Positions 39,768-48,664 of a stretch of DNA of 64,000 nt are shown here, piece by piece. The notes under the pieces are model-generated. The model saw only the letters and a list, made by a program, of their open reading frames with translations. It did not search any database and had not been told where the DNA came from. Each line of letters opens with the position of its first letter. The first letter of the stretch is position 1. Source of the stretch: Candidatus Terrybacteria bacterium RIFCSPHIGHO2_01_FULL_43_35 (lineage in GTDB: Bacteria > Patescibacteriota > Minisyncoccia > Terrybacterales > GWB1-40-14); contig MHSR01000013.1 of NCBI GenBank assembly GCA_001822815.1, positions 85,093 to 149,092 of the forward strand. The letters run 5' to 3'. The position numbers and the translations under genes are program-made.

Positions 39768-41057
39768 CTATAAACAGCTTTTGCCGTTGCAGTTTCTAAG
39801 AGCCTTAATCATTTCTATCGAGTTAGTATTCGGCCATATGACACTGTAGTACTTAGTATGATTCATTATGGTTTTGCCCAAAGAGTCGGGCTCTTCGCGA
39901 TCAGTTAGACCAAGAGCATGGCCGACTTCGTGGTTGATAAGCCACCTTGAGCAGCCGTTTAAATAACGAAAACAGCTTCCTCCGCCAGCAAAGGCAATTC
40001 TGTTCCAATCGTAATCGCGGTGCGTAATTTCCGTGCTGCCGCATATATTATTGTACGTACCCATCTTTTGGGAAAATGATATACATCCGCCAACGACTTG
40101 GTAAGCCAACGTACAATTAGGGTCGTTAATCAACGCAATATCTGTCGCAGATGACTTGTACGTGTCAAAACTAAAGTTTACGCCGCTTTTTTCCCAGCCG
40201 CGTGAATCAGTCAGTGTATCTATCACAAAATTCCTTTGAGTCGTAGTCATGTTAATCAATGACACGCGGATGTCGTTGCCGTGTATGGCTCGTATGTGCG
40301 TACTGCCGCGAGTTTTGCCGCCCTTGGGATCGTTGATACAGCTATTGGAAGTATAATTAGGATAATAAGGATTAAACACTTTTTCATAGCCCGAAAATAC
40401 GAACTGGTAATAATCATTATGTGGCGAGCCAAAAGACGGGAAACGTCCGTCCGTATACCTGTCCAGAGTGTCAAATTCGCATTGGCTACTTTGGCACGTG
40501 GCCACACTGCATGATTGTCCTTGGCTAGTGCACCCATCTTGATTTGTGCAGGTATTTGTGGCGTTTGGTATTAACGCACAGGTGCCAGATACGCAGCCCA
40601 AGTAATTTCCGACCACCGGATTATATTGGCAAATACCAGATATGCACGTGCCTAGTGAACAGCTAGAATTGACGCAGTCTGCGTCTATTGTGCAGGTGGT
40701 TGTAGGCGGCGGACTTATATCTGGGCTTGATTGTCCGCAACCACAGGTTTGGGTGATTGAATCCCACAGATAAGCCGTTCCGAATCCGCCAACAGCCGCA
40801 CAAGCATCTCTACATGTGTCACAGCTGTCGGCAGGGAATTCTGGGCCGAGAAAAGGTTCGGTAGATAAAGTTAAGTCGCCGCATTCTTCGCCCAGCGTAG
40901 TGTCGACAGCTTGAACAGAGAATTTAGTTTCAACCGCCTTTCTTAAAGAAAAAGGCGAGTTATAAGACTGCAACGCAAAGGCCGCGGCTATGATTAGCAT
41001 GGAAAGCAATCCAAATATCCACCATTTTTTTATTATTCTGCCCCTTATTTTAATCAT
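39768..41057 (-). CDS. Cys-rich secreted zinc metalloprotease (metzincin-like)
   Basis: HEVGHALGLTD zinc motif and downstream IM Met-turn; many Cys. Confidence 0.75.
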   Translation of the reverse strand: MIKIRGRIIKKWWIFGLLSMLIIAAAFALQSYNSPFSLRKAVETKFSVQAVDTTLGEECGDLTLSTEPFLGPEFPADSCDTCRDACAAVGGFGTAYLWDSITQTCGCGQSSPDISPPPTTTCTIDADCVNSSCSLGTCISGICQYNPVVGNYLGCVSGTCALIPNATNTCTNQDGCTSQGQSCSVATCQSSQCEFDTLDRYTDGRFPSFGSPHNDYYQFVFSGYEKVFNPYYPNYTSNSCINDPKGGKTRGSTHIRAIHGNDIRVSLINMTTTQRNFVIDTLTDSRGWEKSGVNFSFDTYKSSATDIALINDPNCTLAYQVVGGCISFSQKMGTYNNICGSTEITHRDYDWNRIAFAGGGSCFRYLNGCSRWLINHEVGHALGLTDREEPDSLGKTIMNHTKYYSVIWPNTNSIEMIKALRNCNGKSCL

Positions 41058-41086
41058 TTATAGCGGTTAAGCTTCTGATATTACTA

Positions 41087-41923
41087 TTATAGCTTAATTT
41101 CCGCGGCAAGACATTCCCAGTTTCGCACCGAAAGTTCTTGGGCGCGGGCAGTGGTTTTTATACCGTAATGCGTAAAACAATCATCTATTGTTTGACTATC
41201 CAATTTTAAAGCCCGTTTTAAATTTGCGCGCAGTTGTTTTCTGGGATGCGCAAAGCCGGCACGCACAACGGTAAAAAATTTTGCAGATCCTTTTTTTGGC
41301 GGAATTGACTCACCAACCTTTATTTTTATTATGGCAGAATCAACCCCAGAAGGCGGCCAAAAATTATCCGGTAGGATATTATTAATTAGTATTTCGGGTG
41401 TGCCATAGTATTGGACCGATACAGCAAGTAGACTCATGCGTGGCGGTTGAGCGCAAATTCTTTCAGCAATCTCTTTTTGCAGCATCAAGAGTATTTCGGT
41501 GGGCGGATTTTTGCTTTCCAAGGCATGTCGTAGAAATCGTCCAGTTATCCAATAGGGTATATTTGATACTATGCGCCAAGGCGCTTTGCTTTGAGAATAC
41601 GGCAAAGCGTCAAGTTTAAGAACGTCCCCCTCAACAATTTTTACGTTTTTAAAGCCTCTTAGTGCATCCTTTAAAACCAGCACTAATTCAGGATCTTTTT
41701 CGATAACCGTCACCTCTTTTGCTCTTCGCGCAAGTTCTTGAGTGAGCGTGCCCGCTCCCCCGCCGACCTCTAATATACGGTCGGTTTTTTTAATGTCAGC
41801 GGCCTCAATTATTTTTTCGAGAATTGTTGATGAAACCAAAAAATTCTGCCCCCAGCCCTGGCGCGGAGTTATGCCGTGTTTGGCAAACAACCGTTTAAGT
41901 ATTTTAATGTCGGTTAAATCCAG
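41087..41923 (-). CDS. rsmA: 16S rRNA dimethyltransferase RsmA/KsgA
   Basis: GQNFL, LEVG.G.G.LT, IEKD, SNIPY, RAQEL; start uncertain (CTG 41923 or TTG 41890). Confidence 0.93.
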   Translation of the reverse strand: MDLTDIKILKRLFAKHGITPRQGWGQNFLVSSTILEKIIEAADIKKTDRILEVGGGAGTLTQELARRAKEVTVIEKDPELVLVLKDALRGFKNVKIVEGDVLKLDALPYSQSKAPWRIVSNIPYWITGRFLRHALESKNPPTEILLMLQKEIAERICAQPPRMSLLAVSVQYYGTPEILINNILPDNFWPPSGVDSAIIKIKVGESIPPKKGSAKFFTVVRAGFAHPRKQLRANLKRALKLDSQTIDDCFTHYGIKTTARAQELSVRNWECLAAEIKL

Positions 41924-41924
41924 A

Positions 41925-41987
41925 AGTTTAGGTTTTAGCGTAGAGGGTTTAGGGTTTAGTTACTATACCCCCAACCCTAACCGCTAA
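41925..41987. repeat. Heptamer-periodic inverted repeat
   Basis: (gg)gtttag units facing (c)cctaac units. Confidence 0.5.
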
Positions 41988-42953
41988 CTAAAGTAGTTGT
42001 TCCACTCTCACCGGTATAATCCCTCTATAAAGAGGAGAAAGCATTTTGAAAGCCGTGGCTTCAAGATCAATTATGCGGCCCGGGATAGTTGGTCCGTAAT
42101 CGTTTATTTTCACTATCACTGATTTGTTATTATTCAAATTGGTCACGCGTACAAAAGATTTTCTTGGGTATGTTGTGCTGGCAGCGTATAATCCCGGGAA
42201 TGCGTTATACCAACTGCCCAAAGCCTCGTCTACCCTGCCTATTACTATTTTTGTGCCGCGCAATTCTTCTTGCGTTTGAGGTTTTTCCAAAACAGTCGAG
42301 CTAAGCATTTTTTTCTTGATTATTCGCCCGTCCTCTTTTAATATTTCGAAAGCCGCACTCTTTTTGCCAAGCACCCCCGGTTTTATTATTGTAATTTTGC
42401 CGTAGGAGTTTTGGGGATCATCCGAGGCAATATGGTCAAAGGGTATGTCTAAAATTTCCGTAGTAGTTTCTAAAGAACGCCTTTTTATTTTTACGGTTAA
42501 TTTTTGTTTTATACTCGTTTCTTCTGCGGGCGTTATAATATCAAGCTCTCCAAGTTTGATTCCCTGTTCTGTTATGAATCCGCCTACAGTGTTTGCGTGT
42601 GTGAGGGCTTCGCGCTTTACGTCGTCATCTATGATGCTAATTACCGTTGCGTGATCAATAAAAATATTTTCGTTTGCGGAGATTTCCGCGTCGGGAGACT
42701 GGCTGATGATGTCGCCATCTTGTGCCGACAAACCCAAGACTGCTAGGGCATCGCGCACCGAAGAATCAGTTGGTACGTCAATCCTGTAGTTTATTCCTTC
42801 CTCTATTATGTTGATCTGAACAGTGTCGGATCCCGACTCTTTACTCTGATTAGCCAAACCAATCCCATCTTGGGCCCTGGCTTGGGATCCGGTTTGGCCT
42901 ATAAGCAGCTGCAGGCCAGTAAACATTCCGGCAAGAAAGAGAGCTAAACGCAT
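41988..42953 (-). CDS. DUF348/G5/RlpA-like (DPBB) cell-wall protein
   Basis: T.A.TVG.F..EQGI, G5 segment, SWY..., VRVTN..N.KSV.VKINDYGP..GRIIDL. Confidence 0.85.
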   Translation of the reverse strand: MRLALFLAGMFTGLQLLIGQTGSQARAQDGIGLANQSKESGSDTVQINIIEEGINYRIDVPTDSSVRDALAVLGLSAQDGDIISQSPDAEISANENIFIDHATVISIIDDDVKREALTHANTVGGFITEQGIKLGELDIITPAEETSIKQKLTVKIKRRSLETTTEILDIPFDHIASDDPQNSYGKITIIKPGVLGKKSAAFEILKEDGRIIKKKMLSSTVLEKPQTQEELRGTKIVIGRVDEALGSWYNAFPGLYAASTTYPRKSFVRVTNLNNNKSVIVKINDYGPTIPGRIIDLEATAFKMLSPLYRGIIPVRVEQLL

Positions 42954-43076
42954 AAAAACACTTATATAATAAGAAATATCTAATAATTCCGCCAATATTT
43001 ATCTTACCCTATCTGTTGACAGACCGCTACTTGCGGAGTTAGGCTGGTTGGTAGCGGCCTTAAGTGGCCTTTTTTC

Positions 43077-44270
43077 ATGAGTGATACCGAAAAACAAGGC
43101 AATCTTCTAAATCTAGGCAACATAAACACCCCCAGCAAATCAAAAACCCGCATGGCTTTCTTGCCAAAGCTGTTTTTGAGGTGGTTGGGCAGACGTATTT
43201 CCGGCGGTGCATTAGTTTCGTTGGTTGCCCTTGGTTTATTTGGCGGCAGTTATCTTGCACCCAACGGCCAAAGTTTTTTGTTTGCATCGGATATTGATAC
43301 TTCGGGCGGTTCTTATATTGAGGAAGTAGATGTGGATGCCTTAACTGTTTCGCTAGAGCCCTACCCATTTATGCTGCCAGGGCCGGCTTTTTCAGATGAA
43401 TTCGGCTTGTTAGATTATGATGATGAGCTTGATGAAACCTACGTTCAGGATTTTCTCGTCGCCTACCTTTCGCCGTCTAACTTTCCGACTATTGGTTCAG
43501 ATCGGCGAACAATAGTCCAGCATACGATTCGTGATGGAGAGACTCTATCATTTATAGCCGCGTCTTGGGGCGTTAGTATAGATACGCTTAAATGGGCAAA
43601 TAAAATTTCCGATCCAAACTTATTGCAACCAGGAGCGGTGTTAGATATTCTTCCGGTTTCTGGAGTCGCCCATGTCGTGAGAAGCGGAGATACCGCCTCG
43701 GGCGTAGCGACAAAATATAAAGCCGATCAAGCAGCCATAATAGCGTTTAATGCCCTTCTGGCAGACGGCGCTCTTCGTGTCGGAGATGTAATCATTGTTC
43801 CCAACGGACTAATGCCTCAAGCACCGCGTCCTATTGTGCCAAACATTACTGCTCCTCGTTTTGCGGGAAATATACAAACAGCAGGTTATTTCATTGCGCC
43901 GACAACAGGAAGAAATTTTGGGCGTCGACACGCAAACAACGGCGTTGATATTGCAAATCAGTGCGGCACACCTATCTATGCCGCGGCCGCGGGCAAAGTT
44001 ATAAAAGTCGCCTTTACGGACAGCGCAAAAAGGAACGCCAATGGAGGTTATGGCAGCAATGTGGTGATTAGCCATCCAAACGGTACACAAACTCTTTATG
44101 CCCACCTACTTAAAGGTAGCGGTCAGATAACAGTCGGACAGGAAGTTGTCCAAGGACAATTGATATCTCTAATCGGTGGTAGGCCTGGCTTGCCGGGTGC
44201 CGGAAGGTCTACGGGCTGCCATTTGCATTTTGAAGTTCACGGCGGCACCAACCCATTTATAAGACGCTAA
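43077..44270 (+). CDS. LysM plus M23 peptidase
   Basis: Two LysM repeats; H...GVDIA, YAHL, STG.HLHFEV. Confidence 0.92.
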   Translation: MSDTEKQGNLLNLGNINTPSKSKTRMAFLPKLFLRWLGRRISGGALVSLVALGLFGGSYLAPNGQSFLFASDIDTSGGSYIEEVDVDALTVSLEPYPFMLPGPAFSDEFGLLDYDDELDETYVQDFLVAYLSPSNFPTIGSDRRTIVQHTIRDGETLSFIAASWGVSIDTLKWANKISDPNLLQPGAVLDILPVSGVAHVVRSGDTASGVATKYKADQAAIIAFNALLADGALRVGDVIIVPNGLMPQAPRPIVPNITAPRFAGNIQTAGYFIAPTTGRNFGRRHANNGVDIANQCGTPIYAAAAGKVIKVAFTDSAKRNANGGYGSNVVISHPNGTQTLYAHLLKGSGQITVGQEVVQGQLISLIGGRPGLPGAGRSTGCHLHFEVHGGTNPFIRR

Positions 44271-44294
44271 CCATTGCGCAAAAACAATTCGTAA

Positions 44295-44322
44295 AAGCGC
44301 CCCGAAACTGTGGGGCGTTTTT
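44295..44322. terminator. Bidirectional terminator
   Basis: AAAGCGCCCC..GGGGCGTTTT between convergent genes. Confidence 0.7.
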
Positions 44323-44327
44323 GTTGC

Positions 44328-45857
44328 TTAATCAGTGTCATTGTGTCTATAGTGTACGGCTTCGGCTATATGTCCAGGGCCTATATTCTCTTCGCCAGCC
44401 AGGTCAGAGATGGTGCGCGCCACCTTCAATATTCTGTTGTGACCGCGCGGCGAAAGATGAAACTTATCGTGAGCTCTTTTTAATATTTGCTCGCTTTCAC
44501 GATTTAATTTACAAAAGGAGTTTATTTGTCTGGTGCTCATCTCGGCATTGGTGTGTATTTTTGAAGCTGAAAATCTTTCTTCCTGAAGTTTCCGCGCCAC
44601 AATGACGCGCAAGCGTATATCTTGAGAAGATTCGCTGTCGCTTCCACGCAGTTTTTCAAAAGAAACGCGCGGTACCGAAACATTAATATCAATTCGGTCC
44701 AGTATTGGCCCGGAAATTTTCCTTTTGTACTTCATTATGTCGCCCGAGCTGCAAACACACGGAACTTCTTGATCGCCCAAATTTCCGCATGGGCATGGGT
44801 TTTGAGCCGCAACCAAAGAAAAGCGAGCTGGAAACAAAACCGTTTCCTTGGCTCGGGCCACCGTGACCTCGCCGTCCTCAAGAGGTTGTCTTAGGGCTTC
44901 TAAAATAGAACGAGGGAATTCAGGAAATTCATCCAGAAATAAAACTCCGCGGTGCGCTAAACTTATTTCTCCTGGCCTCGGGCTTGTTCCGCCGCCGATT
45001 ATAGACACTAATGACGCCGAGTGATGAGGAGTTCTAAATGGTCTCTCCAGTATCAAAGGGCGTTCTGCGTGCAGTAGCCCAGCAACACTCCATATCTTAG
45101 TGACTTCAAGTGTTTCGTCTTCTGACATGGGCGGCAAGATAGTCGGCATAGCCCTGGACAGTATTGTTTTTCCTGAACCGGGAGAGCCGTGTAATAGAAT
45201 ATGGTGGCCGCCCGCGGCAGCAATTTCCAGCGCCCGTTTGGCCTGCTCCTGTCCGCGTATAAAACCCATATCAAAATCTGATTTTAATACTCCAGCAAAG
45301 TTCTTGGGTATGCCGTCCCCTACTTCAACTGCCGCAGCAGTATTTTTTTCTAACTTTAAAACTAAATCTTTAAGAGAATCAGAAGCAATTATTTTTAAGT
45401 CTTTAACTAGAGAGGCTTCAGCTTTATTTTCTTTGGGTATAACAAGGATCAAATCGTGCCTTTGTGCATATATGGCCATAGCTAATACTCCTTGCACGGA
45501 ACATAAAGAACCGTCCAAAGCCAATTCTCCGGCAAAAACAAGATCGGGTCTGGCTTTAAAATTAATTTGGTCGGATGCAATCAAAAAGGCCACGGCTATG
45601 GGCAAATCAAAAGCCGGTCCTTGTTTTTTGAGGTCTGCCGGCGCCAAATTAACTATTATTTTTCGGTTAAATCTTTGCGGCGGCTTAGCCCCGCTGGCCT
45701 TTACGGCCGCGCCAACTCTTTCGCGAGACTCTTCAACGGCCTTATCCGCCAGGCCAACAATACGGAAATTATGCAACCCCGGATCCAAATCGATTTCTAC
45801 CCTCACGGGTTTGACGTTAAGCCCAACCACGCTTAAGCTTGATACTTTATTCGCCAT
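44328..45857 (-). CDS. comM: YifB/ComM Mg-chelatase-like AAA+ ATPase
   Basis: NLAPADL.K.G..FDLPIA, GSPGSGKT, RPFR.PHH, FLDEFPEF, NPCPCG; start MANK. Confidence 0.95.
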   Translation of the reverse strand: MANKVSSLSVVGLNVKPVRVEIDLDPGLHNFRIVGLADKAVEESRERVGAAVKASGAKPPQRFNRKIIVNLAPADLKKQGPAFDLPIAVAFLIASDQINFKARPDLVFAGELALDGSLCSVQGVLAMAIYAQRHDLILVIPKENKAEASLVKDLKIIASDSLKDLVLKLEKNTAAAVEVGDGIPKNFAGVLKSDFDMGFIRGQEQAKRALEIAAAGGHHILLHGSPGSGKTILSRAMPTILPPMSEDETLEVTKIWSVAGLLHAERPLILERPFRTPHHSASLVSIIGGGTSPRPGEISLAHRGVLFLDEFPEFPRSILEALRQPLEDGEVTVARAKETVLFPARFSLVAAQNPCPCGNLGDQEVPCVCSSGDIMKYKRKISGPILDRIDINVSVPRVSFEKLRGSDSESSQDIRLRVIVARKLQEERFSASKIHTNAEMSTRQINSFCKLNRESEQILKRAHDKFHLSPRGHNRILKVARTISDLAGEENIGPGHIAEAVHYRHNDTD

Positions 45858-45901
45858 AGCATAAATTAAAAAGTAAAATGCTAATTGAAAATTTAAGAAA
45901 C

Positions 45902-46027
45902 AATTACCAAGAAACAAGATACAGACAATTTCCAATATTCAATAACCAATAATCAACTTTATGTTTGAATTTTGGAATTTGGGTATTGTAATTTGTCTGG
46001 TTATTGTTTCTTGTGTCTTGGTTATTA
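45902..46027. repeat. Heptamer-periodic inverted-repeat element
   Basis: Inverted homolog of the middle layer at 30350-30635 (caagatacagacaa; caataaccagacaaat). Confidence 0.65.
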
Positions 46028-46058
46028 TGACTTTTAATATTTAATTTTTGATCTGCGC

Positions 46059-46421
46059 CTATTTACAGTTCCCGCAAAGTTCCGCCTCCGGAGAAGCATT
46101 AAGACGCTTTATCGGAATGTCCTTTTTGCAATTCAAACATTTCCCGTACGCGTTCTTTTGGATGCGCGTTAGGGCACGTCTTATCGCGCGCAATCTTTCT
46201 TCTAAAATGGTTTCGGCTGAAAGCCTCGTACCGTATTCTTCAACGGCCGAGACTTGCGCGTCTTCATCCTGCCCGTCGCCAAAGTTCGGAAAACGCGAGG
46301 TAAACTCTCCCGAGCCACCCTTGTTTTTTGTGGCAAAAGAAGCCAGCGTTTCGGAAATGCGCCTTTCTTCAGAAAGCAGTTTATTCTTGAAGTTTTCTAT
46401 ATCCTGTTTAGCTAGAGGCAT
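46059..46421 (-). CDS. TraR/DksA C4 zinc-finger protein
   Basis: AL.RI....YG.C..C...I...RL.A.P....C..C. Confidence 0.9.
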   Translation of the reverse strand: MPLAKQDIENFKNKLLSEERRISETLASFATKNKGGSGEFTSRFPNFGDGQDEDAQVSAVEEYGTRLSAETILEERLRAIRRALTRIQKNAYGKCLNCKKDIPIKRLNASPEAELCGNCK

Positions 46422-46422
46422 A

Positions 46423-46561
46423 CCAGGTAGTAGAAGTTCGACTATAATATGTTGCCGAATTTCTAGTTAATGATTAGTGTTATAACGAATTAATGGTTAG
46501 AATTAAGTATCACGAAATCGATTGTTCGCCTTCGGCGAACGGTCGAACTTTCACTACCTGG
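46423..46561. mobile_element. MITE-like element (family A) at the traR/dksA start
   Basis: TIRs ccaggtagtagaagttcgac / gtcgaactttcactacctgg; CATA (TATG) at 46419-46422 and 46562-46565. Confidence 0.78.
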
Positions 46562-46604
46562 CATAAGAAGCAAAACACTTTGAATATAGTTATTATTACC
46601 ATAC

Positions 46605-46942
46605 AAAAAAAGCTCCGCAAGGGAGCCGAAGGTACTGAAGATATTGAAGTACCGAAGGTGCTGAGCTCATCGAAGCATTACCGAAAAGTTTCTTAGGGGC
46701 GCTAGACGCCCCAGTTTAATTTGGGCGGAGCGCCCCTAATGGAGTTGGCCTTTTCCTCGATTATGGAGGAAATTTCCGCGATTATAGCGGGGTTTGGCTC
46801 GAATGAGCCGAAGGCCTATGTGCAGGCAAGTCCGCAGACTTTTCTGCGAGTGTTTTTAGCCCTTCGAAAAATCTCAGGGTCAAGACCTGGCCGATTGCCG
46901 GGTTTTAAGGTCCTAAACTGCGGAGCAATCCGCTAGGCGTTA
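46605..46942 (-). ncRNA. ~340-nt multi-hairpin non-coding RNA or leader of unknown class
   Basis: TGgTATAAT upstream, about 9 hairpins with G-U pairs favouring minus, terminator plus U7, no minus-strand ORF. Confidence 0.65.
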
Positions 46943-47014
46943 ACACCTATTATACCACGCTATGAACCCGCGCCAAATGGCTAGATGTGGATAATTGAAA
47001 GCGCGTAATCCTGG

Positions 47015-48511
47015 TTATTTGCCAAGTAGATCTAACAGAGCGAACATTGATATTCGTGATGTTCCAAAAAGAAACATGGTGTCGCTGAACGCATAGTCTA
47101 TGGTGAGATTAGGATCGGGCAAATTTAAATATCTTATAGGTATGCTGCGCGAGTCGTTTTGTAAGAATGGCGCTGATTCTTGCTGTGCGGGTGAGCCCAT
47201 AGCCGATAAAAGAGGCCTAGTATCTTGATACATTGTTGATTCCCAATTTTGCGCGGCATGCAACGCATCGTTTTTATTTTTAATCGGGATAGCAAAGCCC
47301 AATCTTTTACCTTCGCTTTGGGTATAAGTGAATATAGTAAATTTGTTCTCATCCAAGGCACTTTCTAAAGTATCTGGTATGGTTACGCCCAAAGCGGAAC
47401 TATATTCCGAAAAGGTTAAATAACGCTTTTCGGTGTCGTTTTCCACCTTAACCAGCAGTCTGGTGAAAATTCCTTGCGTGCCTGGAGCCTGTAGCGTATT
47501 AAGGATAGTGCTGTTGGCTTCGCTTAATTGTCTTATGGTTAAAGTAATATCCGAAGATACCGGTATAATGCTTTCCGGGATTGGTGGGTTGGGTATTTCT
47601 TGTTGCGGGGGTGGGGTGACGACGATTGAACCCGTCTTTTGGGATCCGTTTGAAACAAAGATAAAATATAAGGCAACTGCGGCAACGGCAATAAAAACAA
47701 TAAACCCAACGATTATGATTATTTTTGCCGGAATTTTGCGGCCGGTTTTTAGCGCAGATTCAGACTGATTTGCTGGTTCGGCCATCTGCATCGCCACTTC
47801 TTGTCCCAAGCTCAATATATCGTGCTCCTTTACTGGATGCGGCGCCGGTATAGGCCTTGTTCTTGGCAGTACTTCTTTTCGTGTCGGCCCACTCATTTCC
47901 GGTGGAATGGCACTCGTTAAAATAGAAGGCGTTTCTTTATAATCTTTTTTTATGGTTTTTTCTTCAACGGTGCCGGCATCTTTTTTAATTTCCGCAAGTT
48001 CGGTGAGCTTTTCTGTTTCGGGTAAGCTTGTCTGCATCCTTCCAGACGATTCAAGTCCAAGTACGTCAAACTCTGGGATATTTTTCAATTCCGATATTGA
48101 AATTGGTGGCGACGTTTCTTTTTTGAATGGCACTGCTGGCTCTTCTTGCGGTTTGGATTTCTCGGCCAAAGCTCCTTGTAAGTCTGCCCGCGGCTCGGTT
48201 GTTTGGCCTAAACTTAAACTAAGATCAGCCAATGAATGAGCCTTTTCACCTTCAAGTCCCGGGCCCTGTTCCTCTTTGGTTGTTTGGGGTTTATTAAACT
48301 CCAGAGACTCAATTCTTTCCCCTGGTTTTGAAACGCCTTCTTCCCTTTGCCAAATATTAGCCGGTTCTTGAGGAGCTACCTTGGGCGCATAAAATTGTCG
48401 CGGTTTATATTCTCCGCGTTGGATCATAGCAATATCTTTCTGCATTGTGCGTATAGGATCTTCTTCTCTTTCTTCAACCGTATTTTTCGCTGGAACGGCG
48501 GCAGGGTTCAT
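47015..48511 (-). CDS. Membrane protein with long disordered N-terminus
   Basis: Pro/Glu-rich N-half, one TM, folded C-domain (WE..M..D, IRY.N). Confidence 0.75.
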   Translation of the reverse strand: MNPAAVPAKNTVEEREEDPIRTMQKDIAMIQRGEYKPRQFYAPKVAPQEPANIWQREEGVSKPGERIESLEFNKPQTTKEEQGPGLEGEKAHSLADLSLSLGQTTEPRADLQGALAEKSKPQEEPAVPFKKETSPPISISELKNIPEFDVLGLESSGRMQTSLPETEKLTELAEIKKDAGTVEEKTIKKDYKETPSILTSAIPPEMSGPTRKEVLPRTRPIPAPHPVKEHDILSLGQEVAMQMAEPANQSESALKTGRKIPAKIIIIVGFIVFIAVAAVALYFIFVSNGSQKTGSIVVTPPPQQEIPNPPIPESIIPVSSDITLTIRQLSEANSTILNTLQAPGTQGIFTRLLVKVENDTEKRYLTFSEYSSALGVTIPDTLESALDENKFTIFTYTQSEGKRLGFAIPIKNKNDALHAAQNWESTMYQDTRPLLSAMGSPAQQESAPFLQNDSRSIPIRYLNLPDPNLTIDYAFSDTMFLFGTSRISMFALLDLLGK

Positions 48512-48593
48512 ATTGTTTAGTATATCACGGAATTTATGGGTATAACCATTAAGTTATATAGTATGATTCTTGGTTCAAAGTCCGATAAAATAC

Positions 48594-48625
48594 CGCCCGA
48601 CTTCTAAGATATTAGAAGCCAGGCG
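48594..48625 (-). terminator. pnp terminator
   Basis: CGCCTGGCTTCTAA..TTAGAAGTCGGGCG followed by TATTTT. Confidence 0.65.
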
Positions 48626-48664
48626 TACACCATAAACTTTAGCCTTTAATTTTTTAATATTTTT

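Noticed and set aside
30309-46690. CRISPR array in the short periodic repeats
   Set aside because: Units are 7-9 nt and degenerate with no unique spacers; no cas genes.
46493-46936. Two plus-strand ORFs over the structured region
   Set aside because: Promoter, terminator and G-U pairing all point to a minus-strand non-coding transcript.
46605-46942. RNase P RNA or tmRNA assignment
   Set aside because: AAAACCCGGC and GAAAAGTC occur in the wrong order and do not form P4; there are no tRNA-like ends.
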